Source: a virus
Taxonomy: Duplodnaviria > Heunggongvirae > Uroviricota > Caudoviricetes
Direction: 5' to 3' (one strand)
Length of the DNA: 64,000 nucleotides
IMG/VR virus record: IMGVR_UViG_3300010355_000975
This document shows, piece by piece, positions 1-9,188 of this stretch. Position numbers and translations under genes: made by a program. The notes under the pieces were generated by a model. The model was not told the DNA's origin, ran no database searches, and worked only from the letters and a program-made list of their open reading frames with translations. Each line of letters begins with the position of its first letter. Within the stretch, counting starts at the first letter, position 1.

Positions 1-13
1 TTTCTCTGATATG

Positions 14-736
14 TTATTTAGCATTCTCAATCCTTTCTTTTGCCTTATTGAAGTAATTGTTATCCATCTCAATTCCTGTAAACGACCTGTTCAGATGCAC
101 ACACGCCTCTCCAGTTACTCCACTTCCCATAAACGGGTCAAGAATAAAATCCCCTTCGTTTGTGTATGTTTTGATAAGATTTTTAATCAATTCAATAGGT
201 TTCTCTGTCGGATGTATTCCCTTGCGAACCTTGCAGACTCTTATGATAGACCGTTTTCTTTTATGTGTGGCAGATAATACCGTGTCCTTTGGCATAGAGT
301 GTGTCATGTGTGCTGAATCGCTCGGACTATGTGCTGGCTTATATTTAATTGGCTTATCGTATGGTTCTCCAATAGAGTCATATTTGGGTGGTTTATCGTA
401 GAAAACAACTATATCTTCATGCTGTCGCATAGGTTGAAATCTCGCATAATTAAAACCAGCGGCAATAACTTTATCCCACACCCAAGTATATCTGAACCAT
501 TTTCTATTACTGTTAATTAGGTCAGTAGTGAATGGCTGTCCAGCTGTGAATATATAGGCACAATTTTCTTTTCCTACCCTTTTAAATTCTGTCCAAAGCA
601 AAGTCAAATTTGGAATAATATCCCAAGAACAAGCAGTAGTTCCATACGGCGGGTCAGTCAACACTAAGCCTATTGATTTATCGGGAATAGTTTTCATAAT
701 CTCTAAACAATCACCACAATGTAAGGTTATCCCCAT
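14..736 (-). CDS. DNA N6-adenine/N4-cytosine methyltransferase (beta-class, N6_N4_Mtase family)
   Basis: Motif IV 'LVLTDPPYGT' comes before motif I 'DPFMGSGVTGEA' near the C-terminus. This is the typical beta-class amino-MTase order. Confidence 0.8.
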   Translation of the reverse strand: MGITLHCGDCLEIMKTIPDKSIGLVLTDPPYGTTACSWDIIPNLTLLWTEFKRVGKENCAYIFTAGQPFTTDLINSNRKWFRYTWVWDKVIAAGFNYARFQPMRQHEDIVVFYDKPPKYDSIGEPYDKPIKYKPAHSPSDSAHMTHSMPKDTVLSATHKRKRSIIRVCKVRKGIHPTEKPIELIKNLIKTYTNEGDFILDPFMGSGVTGEACVHLNRSFTGIEMDNNYFNKAKERIENAK

Positions 737-1105
737 ATCATCACCCCCACGCTACAAACTAATCTTACCCACCTAATCCCCTGTGCAAACCAATCCTCTT
801 TGTTCCAATAAGTGCGGAGAGAGAATATAGAATCACAGAATAACCACATACCAATTAGCTTAATCATATCTTCTCCTTCTTCATTTTCTGTATCTCATTG
901 AGTAAAAACTTTTCATTCTCATCCATCAATTCCTGCAACTCGGTGAGAGTCATTTCCTCATCCAAAGGCTCGAAAAAGTAGACTCTTTCGCCTTCGGTTT
1001 CAAAATAGGACTTCGTAACTTTAGTGATTTTCATGGCGTTTTTACCTCAAAATACCCATTGTTTTTAATCGTTTCTAATGCGTTTTGTGTGGTTATCATC
1101 AGTGG

Positions 1106-1870
1106 TCATAGTAAATTCTCCATAGTATTGTCTATTCTTCTCTTGGCGATTTTGTAATATTGTTCGTCTTTTTCTATCAAAATACAATTTCGTTTTAAGT
1201 TCTTACAAGCTACTCCAGTTGTTCCGGATCCAGCGCAATTATCTAACACAAGGTCGCCCTCATTGGTATAGGTCTTAATAAGATACTCAAATAAAGCTAC
1301 TGGTTTTTGGGTGGGGTGAACTTTGCCAGCGTTCGCCTCCCACAACCCTTCAATTATTGTATCTGGATTCCTATGCGTGTATGTATAAGACTTCAATTCT
1401 TGACCGTCCGTATTTATTTTATATGCAGAATCTCTACTTTTTTTTGCATAATTTTTCACCGTAACTGGCTTATCCCTCTTTACCATAATAGGGTAGTAAT
1501 TTATTTTTCCAGTGCCAAATACACTTATATTCTCATGCTTATTCATGGGCATTATCTTAGCATTTGCAAAATTTCTTGCAATGTGTTTGTTCCAAACCCA
1601 ATCATACTTATATTGTTTGATATTGCTCATTCTCAAATAACTTGAAAATGGTTCACTACCAAATAACACAATAGCTCCACGGTCTTTAATAATCCGCTTA
1701 TATTGCTCCCATAACGGCTCAAAAGGTATAACTACATCCCACTTACAAGCTGTTGTTCCATAGGGCAAATCACATAGAATCATATCAATACTTTTATCCG
1801 GAAAATCTTTCATCACGTCAAGACAATCACCACAAATAATTTGATTTTTAAAATCTTCGATTGAATTCAT
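1106..1870 (-). CDS. DNA N6-adenine/N4-cytosine methyltransferase (paralog of 14..736)
   Basis: 'ILCDLPYGTTAC' (a DPPY-variant) followed by 'DNCAGSGTTGVAC'. Same architecture as the neighbouring MTase. Confidence 0.75.
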   Translation of the reverse strand: MNSIEDFKNQIICGDCLDVMKDFPDKSIDMILCDLPYGTTACKWDVVIPFEPLWEQYKRIIKDRGAIVLFGSEPFSSYLRMSNIKQYKYDWVWNKHIARNFANAKIMPMNKHENISVFGTGKINYYPIMVKRDKPVTVKNYAKKSRDSAYKINTDGQELKSYTYTHRNPDTIIEGLWEANAGKVHPTQKPVALFEYLIKTYTNEGDLVLDNCAGSGTTGVACKNLKRNCILIEKDEQYYKIAKRRIDNTMENLL

Positions 1871-2121
1871 TATATTTCCTCTTCTCGTTTATTTGCAATG
1901 TTTTCTGCCTGAATTACACATTCTTTTTTATAAAGATCAAAGACATAATTTTCTAATTCTTCAAAATTTTTAAAATATTCACTAACCCTATTTTCTACAT
2001 AAATTTCATAGCGGTGAATTTTTCTTGATTTTTTATTATTTTTAAATCTTTCAAAAATTTCCATAATCCTAAAATCTTTATTAGGATATAATTCTGTAAG
2101 CATTAAATAAAGGTGTTCCAT
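1870..2121 (-). CDS. hypothetical protein
   Basis: ORF tightly packed in the leftward operon, stop/start abutting the MTase. Confidence 0.4.
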   Translation of the reverse strand: MEHLYLMLTELYPNKDFRIMEIFERFKNNKKSRKIHRYEIYVENRVSEYFKNFEELENYVFDLYKKECVIQAENIANKREEEI

Positions 2122-2352
2122 TTAAATTATTCCTTTCTCAATTTGATATAAAATTTGATTACAATAATCAAGACATTCTTGCTTAGTAGAAAAATTTATT
2201 TTTTCTAATGTTTCAAAAATAATGTTATAATTTTTAAAAGCATTCTTTGTATGAATCATAGCTGTGAAAAATATTTTATAGTAAGTATTTCTTTTTTCAA
2301 TGCTTCCAAAAATCCACACTCCTTTTTCTAAACAATAAATTATATCAAACAT
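2122..2352 (-). CDS. hypothetical protein
   Basis: ORF in the operon with tight spacing. Confidence 0.4.
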   Translation of the reverse strand: MFDIIYCLEKGVWIFGSIEKRNTYYKIFFTAMIHTKNAFKNYNIIFETLEKINFSTKQECLDYCNQILYQIEKGII

Positions 2353-2518
2353 TTTCTTTTTCCAAAGTATTAAATTTATTTGATGTATTATTATAATTTA
2401 AATCATTAAAAATTTCTTGTCCAAATAAAAAAATTCTATATACTCCTTCCATATTACGAGAAAGAATTAAATCTCTATTTATTTTTGATTTTCTGATAAT
2501 TAAATTAGTATAATTCAT
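2345..2518 (-). CDS. small hypothetical protein (57 aa)
   Basis: ATG (rc) at 2516-2518 and stop at 2345-2347. It overlaps its neighbours by a few nt, typical of phage operon packing. Not in the ORF track because it is under 60 aa. Confidence 0.3.
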   Translation of the reverse strand: MNYTNLIIRKSKINRDLILSRNMEGVYRIFLFGQEIFNDLNYNNTSNKFNTLEKENV

Positions 2519-2675
2519 TATTTTCCTTTAAAAAATCTAATGCTTCTAAATACATTTCTTTTGTAGGACAATTTTCACAATACCCACAAGGAGCATTACC
2601 TTGAAAACAAGTACATGATTTGTCTAAATATTTTTCATAAAGGTCAATTATATTTTCTGCTTCTAAAATGTTCAT
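2505..2675 (-). CDS. small Cys-rich protein (56 aa; CxC...CGYCENC)
   Basis: Translated by hand: MNILEAENIIDLYEKYLDKSCTCFQGNAPCGYCENCPTKEMYLEALDFLKENNELY. Confidence 0.35.
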   Translation of the reverse strand: MNILEAENIIDLYEKYLDKSCTCFQGNAPCGYCENCPTKEMYLEALDFLKENNELY

Positions 2676-2699
2676 ATTAAATTCTTTCTTTTAAAATAT

Positions 2700-2894
2700 T
2701 TAATACCTTATTTCTTCAATAATAAAAAGTTTTTTACATTCTTCACACTCAATTTCAACATCTAATTCCTTTTCGTTTTCAAAAAACTCAAAACACTCAA
2801 ATAAACTTTCGCCCCATTGAGATGTTTTAGTTAAATCAAAAAAAAATATTACAATAAGGGCATGTAGTCCATAATTCATAAGACCATTCTGCAT
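2700..2894 (-). CDS. small Cys-rich protein (CFEFF...CEECKK)
   Basis: ORF in the operon with paired Cys motifs. Confidence 0.4.
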   Translation of the reverse strand: MQNGLMNYGLHALIVIFFFDLTKTSQWGESLFECFEFFENEKELDVEIECEECKKLFIIEEIRY

Positions 2895-2912
2895 TTGTTT
2901 TATATTTCATTT

Positions 2913-3131
2913 TTATCTCCCTATTAAATTATTACATTCATTGCATTTATAAATTTCTGGATGAGAACCAGAATGATATACCCTTTTATGAAATAATTCA
3001 CAAATGTGAGGTTCTTTTTCTTTTGATTGGTATTCTTCATTAGGTTTTAAATATGGACAAGTCGGCATACAAAAATGTATTTCTCTGTGTTTAAACATTT
3101 TATTTATCCTCCAAACATTCTCTACAACCAA
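2913..3131 (-). CDS. Cys/His-rich putative zinc-binding protein
   Basis: 'HFCMPTCPY...HICELFH...YKCNECN' motifs. Confidence 0.4.
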   Translation of the reverse strand: MVVENVWRINKMFKHREIHFCMPTCPYLKPNEEYQSKEKEPHICELFHKRVYHSGSHPEIYKCNECNNLIGR

Positions 3132-3330
3132 TTTTTACAACATTATTTTTATATTCTTCTTCTAAAGAATTAATAAAATCACACATTGCTCTATATTCAT
3201 AATTAAAATCAATAGTGTCTACATTATTTATAAAAAGACCTTCTTTTGCTCTAAGTGTAAATAAAGTAGTAAAAAGTGTTCTTTCTAAAAATTCAACTCT
3301 CTTTTTAAGCATTTCAATTTCTGTTATCAT
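3100..3330 (-). CDS. hypothetical protein
   Basis: ORF in the operon. C-terminal 'CRECLEDK'. Confidence 0.4.
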   Translation of the reverse strand: MITEIEMLKKRVEFLERTLFTTLFTLRAKEGLFINNVDTIDFNYEYRAMCDFINSLEEEYKNNVVKIGCRECLEDK

Positions 3331-3685
3331 TTAATTCCTCCAAATCTTTTAAACTTTGTTCTATACTTACATTATATGCCATTGAATATTCTAATACTTT
3401 TATACAAAAATCTATGTTTCGAGATTGCTTTAATATTTTATAAACATCAGAACTTGAATAAAGGTAAAATTTTGAAATTACCTCAACAATATCATCATAT
3501 AAATTTAAATCCTTGCTTGTCCACCAGCCTTTAAATCTTGTGGTATCCTCTTTTGTAACCAATTGCCCATTACTATCCCAAGAGTCAATGCCATAATAAC
3601 AGAAAACGCAAATACCCTCAACATCGGGTCTTCCAGTTAATACGCAGTCCCCGCTTATGTCCTGTAGACACTTTTTACAAATCAT
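3314..3685 (-). CDS. hypothetical protein with N-terminal Cys cluster
   Basis: 'CKKCLQDISGDCVLTGRPDVEGICVFCYYG'. Confidence 0.45.
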   Translation of the reverse strand: MICKKCLQDISGDCVLTGRPDVEGICVFCYYGIDSWDSNGQLVTKEDTTRFKGWWTSKDLNLYDDIVEVISKFYLYSSSDVYKILKQSRNIDFCIKVLEYSMAYNVSIEQSLKDLEELNDNRN

Positions 3686-3903
3686 TTTAAATCCTCGTTA
3701 TATGGGCAAGCATCACAAGCATATCCTTTATTACATTCCATAGAATTATTTGGACATTTATAATCTTCTTTTTCTGGATGATATATTACCTCACCAGATT
3801 CTTTAATAATTAAACATAAAAAATCCATACATTCAACTATTTCTAATTCTGTATCTAAAGAAAACCTATCTAATTTTTTAAGTAATTGCTGTTTAGTTAT
3901 CAT
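3682..3903 (-). CDS. small Cys-rich protein
   Basis: 'YKCPNNSMECNKGYACDACPY'. Confidence 0.4.
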   Translation of the reverse strand: MITKQQLLKKLDRFSLDTELEIVECMDFLCLIIKESGEVIYHPEKEDYKCPNNSMECNKGYACDACPYNEDLK

Positions 3904-4063
3904 TTTGAATCTCCCTCATTCCTTTTCCACATTTACATTTAAAGCATTTTTTAGTTGTATTATCATAAAAATAATGATATCCTGCTCTTTCTTTACAATA
4001 AGGACAAATAACATAATTTGTAGCATAATAAGAAGAATAACATTCATGTAATGTTGGAAGCAT
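3893..4063 (-). CDS. small Cys-rich protein (56 aa), first gene of the leftward operon
   Basis: Hand translation: MLPTLHECYSSYYATNYVICPYCKERAGYHYFYDNTTKKCFKCKCGKGMREIQNDN. RBS AAAGGATAAT lies upstream. Not in the ORF track. Confidence 0.3.
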   Translation of the reverse strand: MLPTLHECYSSYYATNYVICPYCKERAGYHYFYDNTTKKCFKCKCGKGMREIQNDN

Positions 4064-4204
4064 TTTATATTATCCTTTTAAATGTTTTTATTTATATTAT
4101 ATAATAAACAATTAGGCAATAATTTTTCGCCAATTTGTTAAAATGTTCATTTAAGCATTTATTCCACCAAATTATTTAAAATAAACATTCTAAAAAAGAA
4201 ATGC

Positions 4205-4320
4205 TCTTAAAGGTGATCTGAAGAATTTTGAAGAGTGTTTTTTACTCTGAAAGATTCTTCAGGAAGCCTGCTTTTTAGGCTTCAAGAATGCGTTTTGTAT
4301 AACTACGTAGTAGTTATATA
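4205..4320 (-). promoter_or_regulatory. regulatory region with two hairpins and a 9-3-9 palindrome
   Basis: tgaagaattttgaagagt/actctgaaagattcttca (imperfect ~18-bp stem). gaagcct-gcttttt-aggcttc (7-bp stem). TATAACTACgtaGTAGTTATA (perfect 9-bp arms). Lies between the end of gene 4378..4746 and the start of the leftward operon at 4063. Confidence 0.35.
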
Positions 4321-4377
4321 GTATTCTTTTCTTTATGTATTCTTTAGTTGTATAGCATAGGTGAACATGGACTATGT

Positions 4378-4746
4378 TCAAACACTGTGAACATAGTAAT
4401 TTATTTTATTTATATCTTTTTCATTATTTTTGTCTTTTTTAATTTCTTCTAAAATTTCAAGCACATTATTTATATGATATTCATTTGCTTTTCTTTGTCC
4501 CTTATAATTGTAGCAGTGTCGCTGGTTTATAAATCCATAAAAAATAAGTTCTAGCACACTTTTATATAAAGTGGTTCTACTTATTTTTAAATATTTACAA
4601 AGATTTTTCTGGGATATATAAAACCATTCTGAATAATTAAAACAACAATGTAATTTATCTAAATAAAGATATAAATGCCTTGAATTAGCCGATAAATTGT
4701 TATATATATTTAAATTACAAATAAAATTAAATTCTTGTAGTTTCAT
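4378..4746 (-). CDS. winged-helix-like DNA-binding protein
   Basis: 'FYISQKNLCKYLKISRTTLYKSVLELIFYGFINQ' HTH-like segment. Paralogous to 4727..5023. Confidence 0.4.
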   Translation of the reverse strand: MKLQEFNFICNLNIYNNLSANSRHLYLYLDKLHCCFNYSEWFYISQKNLCKYLKISRTTLYKSVLELIFYGFINQRHCYNYKGQRKANEYHINNVLEILEEIKKDKNNEKDINKINYYVHSV

Positions 4747-5023
4747 TTTCTTTATTCCATAAATGTGATACTCTTATTTGTTTTTGTTTATTTTGCTCAA
4801 TAAATCCTTTTTTAATAAGTTCTTTTTTACAATTAAAAAGAGTGGCTCGTTTAAAATTTGTTTTTGAGAGCAATGCTTTAGTGGAATAATAAAACCATCC
4901 ATCTTGTTGGTATAAATCATATAAAAGACAATAATAACTATATAAAACTACAGAAGATACTTTAACCTTCTTTTTTTGTCTAGCAATCATTATTTCATCA
5001 GGTATTCTAAAATATTTTTCCAT
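4727..5023 (-). CDS. winged-helix-like DNA-binding protein (paralog)
   Basis: 'FYYSTKALLSKTNFKRATLFNCKKELIKKGFIEQ'. Same pattern as the neighbour. Confidence 0.4.
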   Translation of the reverse strand: MEKYFRIPDEIMIARQKKKVKVSSVVLYSYYCLLYDLYQQDGWFYYSTKALLSKTNFKRATLFNCKKELIKKGFIEQNKQKQIRVSHLWNKENETTRI

Positions 5024-5147
5024 ATAAAGTCCAATTTTTATACTGTAGAAAGTCTAATTTTTTAACATCAATATAAGTATAACATATTTATTTACTCATT
5101 GTCAAGTTTTCTAAAATTATAAGTAGTTGATTTTATTATAGTTAAAA

Positions 5148-5285
5148 TTATTCTTCCTCTTTTTCTTCTGGTTCTACAAAAATGCTTTCATAATTTAAAT
5201 CTGCACCACAAACTGGACATATTTCTAAACCTTTAGAACCTAAAAACGAACCACAAACAATGCAAATTAATATTTCTTTTTTCAT
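5148..5285 (-). CDS. small zinc-ribbon protein (45 aa)
   Basis: Internal start 'MKKEILICIVCGSF...CPVCGADL' with RBS AAAAGGAGAAA upstream. The ORF-track N-terminal extension has no RBS. Confidence 0.5.
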   Translation of the reverse strand: MKKEILICIVCGSFLGSKGLEICPVCGADLNYESIFVEPEEKEEE

Positions 5286-5408
5286 ATTTTCTCCTTTTAT
5301 TTTAAATATAAAGTTAAAATTAATATAGAATTTATTAAACATAATATAAATGCTAAATAAACCAACCAATGAATTTGATCTAATTTTTTCATTATTCTCC
5401 TTTATTTA

Positions 5409-5810
5409 TTAATTTTCTTTATAAAAAATATGTTTTCCAATAGTAACTGTTTTTTCACCTATCCATTTTCCTTTTTTCTCTCCTTTCTTTAAAAAATAAA
5501 TTGATCCATTAGTTATATCATCAATATTATCTATATTATCAATGATATATAGACTATATGATTTACATTGATTATATAATTTATCTTTATTATTAGCTGA
5601 ATAACCAAAGAATTGATTTCGTTGAATAACTATTTGATAATGTGATTTATTCCACACTTTTGCTCTATTATTAATAACATTAGATACTGCCTGCATACCA
5701 ATTTCTCCTTCACCACATGCTTCAGCACAAATAACTTTAGCCACTTCTATTTGTTCAAAAGTATATGCTTGAACAGACGAAGATGTAAATAAGAAAAACA
5801 AAAGAAGCAT
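5409..5810 (-). CDS. secreted SleB-like cell wall hydrolase (Hydrolase_2 family)
   Basis: Signal peptide MLLLFFLFTSSSVQA. After it comes 'EQIEVAKVICAEACGEGEIGMQAVSNVINNRAK...NQFFGY', matching the SleB/CwlJ catalytic-domain consensus. The ORF-track 5' extension (to 5909) is a repeated intergenic element read in frame. Confidence 0.65.
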   Translation of the reverse strand: MLLLFFLFTSSSVQAYTFEQIEVAKVICAEACGEGEIGMQAVSNVINNRAKVWNKSHYQIVIQRNQFFGYSANNKDKLYNQCKSYSLYIIDNIDNIDDITNGSIYFLKKGEKKGKWIGEKTVTIGKHIFYKEN

Positions 5811-5881
5811 ACACTCTCTAAAGTGCTTCAGAAATGGCTCAAAACCCTCTTTAAACGCCTCACCATTCAACGATCTTTGAT
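5811..5881 (-). repeat. copy D of post-stop-codon element AAAGATCGTTGAATG...GGGTTTTGAG (minus strand)
   Basis: rc reads aaagatcgttgaatggtgaggcgtttaaagagggttttgag. It is nearly identical over its first ~40 nt to copy B at 46871. It lies immediately after the stop of gene 5881..6543. Confidence 0.5.
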
Positions 5882-6543
5882 TATTGATATAAAGATACTC
5901 TTTTATCATTTTGCCCTTCTTTTTTATGGTATAAATATACTAAACTATTATTTTGATAATTTAATTTAGTATATAAATTTTTAACAGAAAGAGAAGCGTT
6001 TTTTATAATGAAATTCTTATCTTTAAGAAAGACATTATTTAAAGCGGCATAATAATCAAAAGAACAAAAATCTGTCATATATAATTCGGTATTATGTTCT
6101 AAGCTATTCATGTAATCAATTTGTAAAATTAAATCAGTAGAATTTGGCTTTTTTAATAATTTTTCTAATTTAATACATGTTTTTACAATCTTACCCCATA
6201 ATTTTCCACCATATTCATCTGCCCAATCACCTTTATTAAATAATTTTTTAATTATTTGTAAAGAATTTTTTGAAACATTTTTATTTAATTGTAATAATAA
6301 AGAATAATTATTAATGCTCTCTTTTCTATATCTTTTATCAAAAAAATATTTTGCCTCCCTATAAATAGCATATTTTGTTATATGATAATATTTATTTGCA
6401 ATAGGTAAAATAAAAGAAAGGATTTCTTTATTATTTTCTTTAGTTAATAATAATGAAAGAGCATATATATTATAAAATTCTGATTTTTTTAAATTAAGTG
6501 GTTTTTTCATTGATTTCTTCCAAGATTTTAAATTTTTTAGCAA
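5881..6543 (-). CDS. hypothetical protein
   Basis: 220-aa ORF, K/N-rich. Confidence 0.45.
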   Translation of the reverse strand: MLKNLKSWKKSMKKPLNLKKSEFYNIYALSLLLTKENNKEILSFILPIANKYYHITKYAIYREAKYFFDKRYRKESINNYSLLLQLNKNVSKNSLQIIKKLFNKGDWADEYGGKLWGKIVKTCIKLEKLLKKPNSTDLILQIDYMNSLEHNTELYMTDFCSFDYYAALNNVFLKDKNFIIKNASLSVKNLYTKLNYQNNSLVYLYHKKEGQNDKRVSLYQ

Positions 6544-6597
6544 TTAAACATGTTGAACTTATAAAATAATAATCATATACTTTGCATTTAACTGCAA

Positions 6598-6927
6598 TTA
6601 TTTTAATTTTTCTCCATTCCAAAATGAATATTCGGGTATAGCTCCTTTGCCCATTGGATATCTATTTGCCCAAGCAGAATTCCATCCATTTTTAGCCCAT
6701 TCAAAATATTTTTCTGTAGGTTCATTTTGATTATTTAAAAAACATTTATAAACTTTACTATATTGCCACGCATTTTCCATATTTTTTGAAATTAATCCAT
6801 TATAAAGGGGAATATTTTTTAAATAAAAAGGACTTAAATATTTACTCCAATTTTTTGAAGTAGAGGTAGTATTAATATAATTTTTTACTTTTTCATTTTT
6901 GTCTAAAATAATTATTTCGCATTTCAT
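6598..6927 (-). CDS. hypothetical protein (W/Y-rich)
   Basis: ORF. It is the first gene after the 730-bp gene-free region. Confidence 0.45.
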   Translation of the reverse strand: MKCEIIILDKNEKVKNYINTTSTSKNWSKYLSPFYLKNIPLYNGLISKNMENAWQYSKVYKCFLNNQNEPTEKYFEWAKNGWNSAWANRYPMGKGAIPEYSFWNGEKLK

Positions 6928-7580
6928 ACCTAAAGAATAACATAATCAATATCAGTTTGTCAAGGATATAAAAATGTAAATAGATTTAAAATCGGTGAGG
7001 ATTTTATAAATGCTTTATTTTGAAATATTTAAATTTTTTAAAAATAATTAAAATAGCTTATTTTTTACCCATATATTAAAAAATTGCTAAATTTTACCCC
7101 CATTTAGCCATATTTTAAGGAAATTGATAAGATAGGTAAGGATATAATAAATAGGTCAGATAGATGATTTATTTATTTTAAAATAATTGATTGATTAATA
7201 GGCAAATGGTCTAAGTGGTTGATTTAGTTAGTTTTGGGAGAAAATTGTAGTAGTGGGTTGGAAGGTGGGTGTTATAGAAATTGCCACCCTATAAAAAATT
7301 TGCGAAAAAACACCCCTCTCCCATATTGGCAATCGCTTGATCAGAAATAATCTGGAATGAAAAAACATAATTGTATGATACACAATAAGATAGAATGAAT
7401 TGATGGGATAACTAACAATGGTTAGTTAAACGGCCAATTTAACGTAAAGCATTGCGGGAGTAGGAGTTACACCATTTTACTCCATTTCTCCCTAAATCCT
7501 TATATACCAATGACTTAATAAATCCCTGATCCATTCAACAATAAAAAAATCTAGTCAATTTGACTAGATTCATTTCACGT

Positions 7581-7609
7581 GAAAAAAAAGGCCGGGAAAA
7601 ATCCCGGCC
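7581..7609 (-). terminator. rho-independent terminator (minus strand)
   Basis: GGCCGGGaaaaatCCCGGCC hairpin. On the minus strand it is followed by T8. It sits downstream of gene 7666..7896. Confidence 0.6.
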
Positions 7610-7665
7610 AAAGAAGCAAACAGATCATACCAATTATAAAGCATAGTTTAAGCATTTCTTCCATT

Positions 7666-7896
7666 TTATCCTTTCGTATTTAATGAATTTAATAAAGTTA
7701 TAAAACCTTTACCATAATACTCTGTATTTCCTCTTTTTCTTGATGTTCTTTGGTTGTTACTATACCAAACATGATAGTCTGTTACTGCAAAAGAATTTTT
7801 ATATTCTTTTATGAGTCTATAATCGCATTGTTTTAAATAGGTATCATCATTAAATCTTACTAAAGTTTTATTATTTACTTGTTTTATAATTTCCAT
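7666..7896 (-). CDS. hypothetical protein
   Basis: ORF. Last gene of the 8390->7666 transcription unit. Confidence 0.4.
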   Translation of the reverse strand: MEIIKQVNNKTLVRFNDDTYLKQCDYRLIKEYKNSFAVTDYHVWYSNNQRTSRKRGNTEYYGKGFITLLNSLNTKG

Positions 7897-7910
7897 ATTA
7901 TTCCTTTCTT

Positions 7911-8171
7911 TTAGTTATTATACATTTTAATTAATACATCTTGCAAGCGTCTTATACTACTCCAAGTTAGATGCGGCAAGTCTAACGTTTCTGTATATTC
8001 TTCATCTATGTCTTCTACAAATCCAAATTTTTCTCGACAAACTTTTTCGCTTGTTGTAAGATAAGACCAATAACAAGCATTAGTAGATGTTACGGCGACT
8101 TGTACTATTTTTCCTTCATTTAAGCGGGCATTTATCCAACTTTTAATGATAATGTATTTATTCATTTTCAT
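7911..8171 (-). CDS. hypothetical protein
   Basis: ORF. Confidence 0.4.
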   Translation of the reverse strand: MKMNKYIIIKSWINARLNEGKIVQVAVTSTNACYWSYLTTSEKVCREKFGFVEDIDEEYTETLDLPHLTWSSIRRLQDVLIKMYNN

Positions 8172-8180
8172 TCCTTTCTG

Positions 8181-8390
8181 TTAAAATTTTACTTGTTTTC
8201 TAGTTTTTTCTTCCCGAAAGTATTCTTCATGTTTTATAGTTTCAAAATGCCAATACAAAATAATGTCTTTGTCGGTTTTTTCAATAAACATCCATGCTTC
8301 TTTTATGATTTCTAATCTTGTTTTTTGTGTAGTTCTATACATTGTTTTATTTCCTTGCTTATAGTATAGCACATTTTTTATTGTTGTCAA
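8181..8390 (-). CDS. hypothetical protein
   Basis: ORF. First leftward gene next to the divergent promoter region. Confidence 0.4.
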   Translation of the reverse strand: MTTIKNVLYYKQGNKTMYRTTQKTRLEIIKEAWMFIEKTDKDIILYWHFETIKHEEYFREEKTRKQVKF

Positions 8391-8528
8391 GGATAGATAG
8401 GATTTTTTTTGACTGAAACCGCCTATTAAGGAAATTATTTTATATAATACACTATTTTTATTAATTTAGCAAGTTTTTTAATTATTTTATCTTGTTTAAT
8501 AATAATAGTTTATAACATTTATTTTATT

Positions 8529-8557
8529 TGACAAATTTATGATCTTTTGTTATGATT
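8529..8557 (+). promoter_or_regulatory. sigma70-like promoter (TTGACA-N17-TATGAT)
   Basis: ttgacaaatttatgatcttttgtTATGAT in the divergent intergenic region. An extended -10 TGTATAAT follows at ~8617-8626. Confidence 0.35.
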
Positions 8558-8705
8558 TTTTAGTGAGTTAAAATTGATGAATAGTCTATTTTGATTATTT
8601 GTCAATGTATTACTGTATAATTGATTTTATACTGTATTTATTATAATATAGTATAATATGAAATTAATTCCGTTTTAATTTTTAAAAATAAAAGGAGGGG
8701 ATAAA

Positions 8706-8876
8706 ATGATTAAAACTACTGATTTAAAAAAATTATCAAATTATATAGGAATTCCTTTGAGAATAAAAAATAATTATGTAGAAGGAAAAAAGGGAAATTG
8801 TTGGGGAATTTATTGTTCCTTGGCACAAGCAGAAGAAGGAATCAAACAATTAAAAATTAATAAATACTTTTTTTAA
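8706..8876 (+). CDS. small hypothetical protein (56 aa)
   Basis: RBS AAAGGAGGGG, then ATG. Codons counted by hand through to TAA at 8874-8876. Confidence 0.4.
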   Translation: MIKTTDLKKLSNYIGIPLRIKNNYVEGKKGNCWGIYCSLAQAEEGIKQLKINKYFF

Positions 8877-9012
8877 TTAAAAAGGGGTGGCGGGCAATAT
8901 GAGAATAAGAAAAAATTATTTTAACTTGGGAATATGGGCGGTCAAGGATTCACAAGGGCATTTTACTATTAATATATTTAAATATCGGATTCAAATTTTT
9001 TGAAATTTGCTA

Positions 9013-9040
9013 TTGACAAAATTAAAAAATATGTTATGCT
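9013..9040 (+). promoter_or_regulatory. sigma70-like promoter variant (TTGACA-N16-TATGCTTTG)
   Basis: ttgacaaaattaaaaaatatgtTATGCTttg. Resembles the TTGACA-N18-TATACTTTA family. Confidence 0.35.
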
Positions 9041-9188
9041 TTGAATAACCAAAAAGGAGGGCTTAAAAATGGATGAACAAATGTTAAACACCTTATATCC
9101 TGAATCCTATAATGACAATATAGGAATTGAAGAAGTTTTGACAATTAAGGAAGGATTAAATTAATTTTTTAAAAATGGAGGGAAGAAA

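Noticed and set aside
1307-1645. Antisense ORFs inside well-supported genes (e.g. 1307..1645+, 27090..27383-, 34233..34707-, 43692..44030-, 45816..46067-)
   Set aside because: They have no RBS, show low-complexity translations, and are fully nested in genes with recognisable products.
5760-5789. TTTACA-N18-TATACTTTT promoter-like match on the minus strand
   Set aside because: It lies inside the signal-peptide coding sequence of the SleB-like gene. I treated it as coincidental or internal, and did not annotate it as a gene-leading promoter.
5811-5909. N-terminal 33-codon extension of ORF 5409..5909
   Set aside because: The extension is the repeated intergenic element read in frame. A canonical signal peptide begins at the internal Met (5810), so the start was moved.
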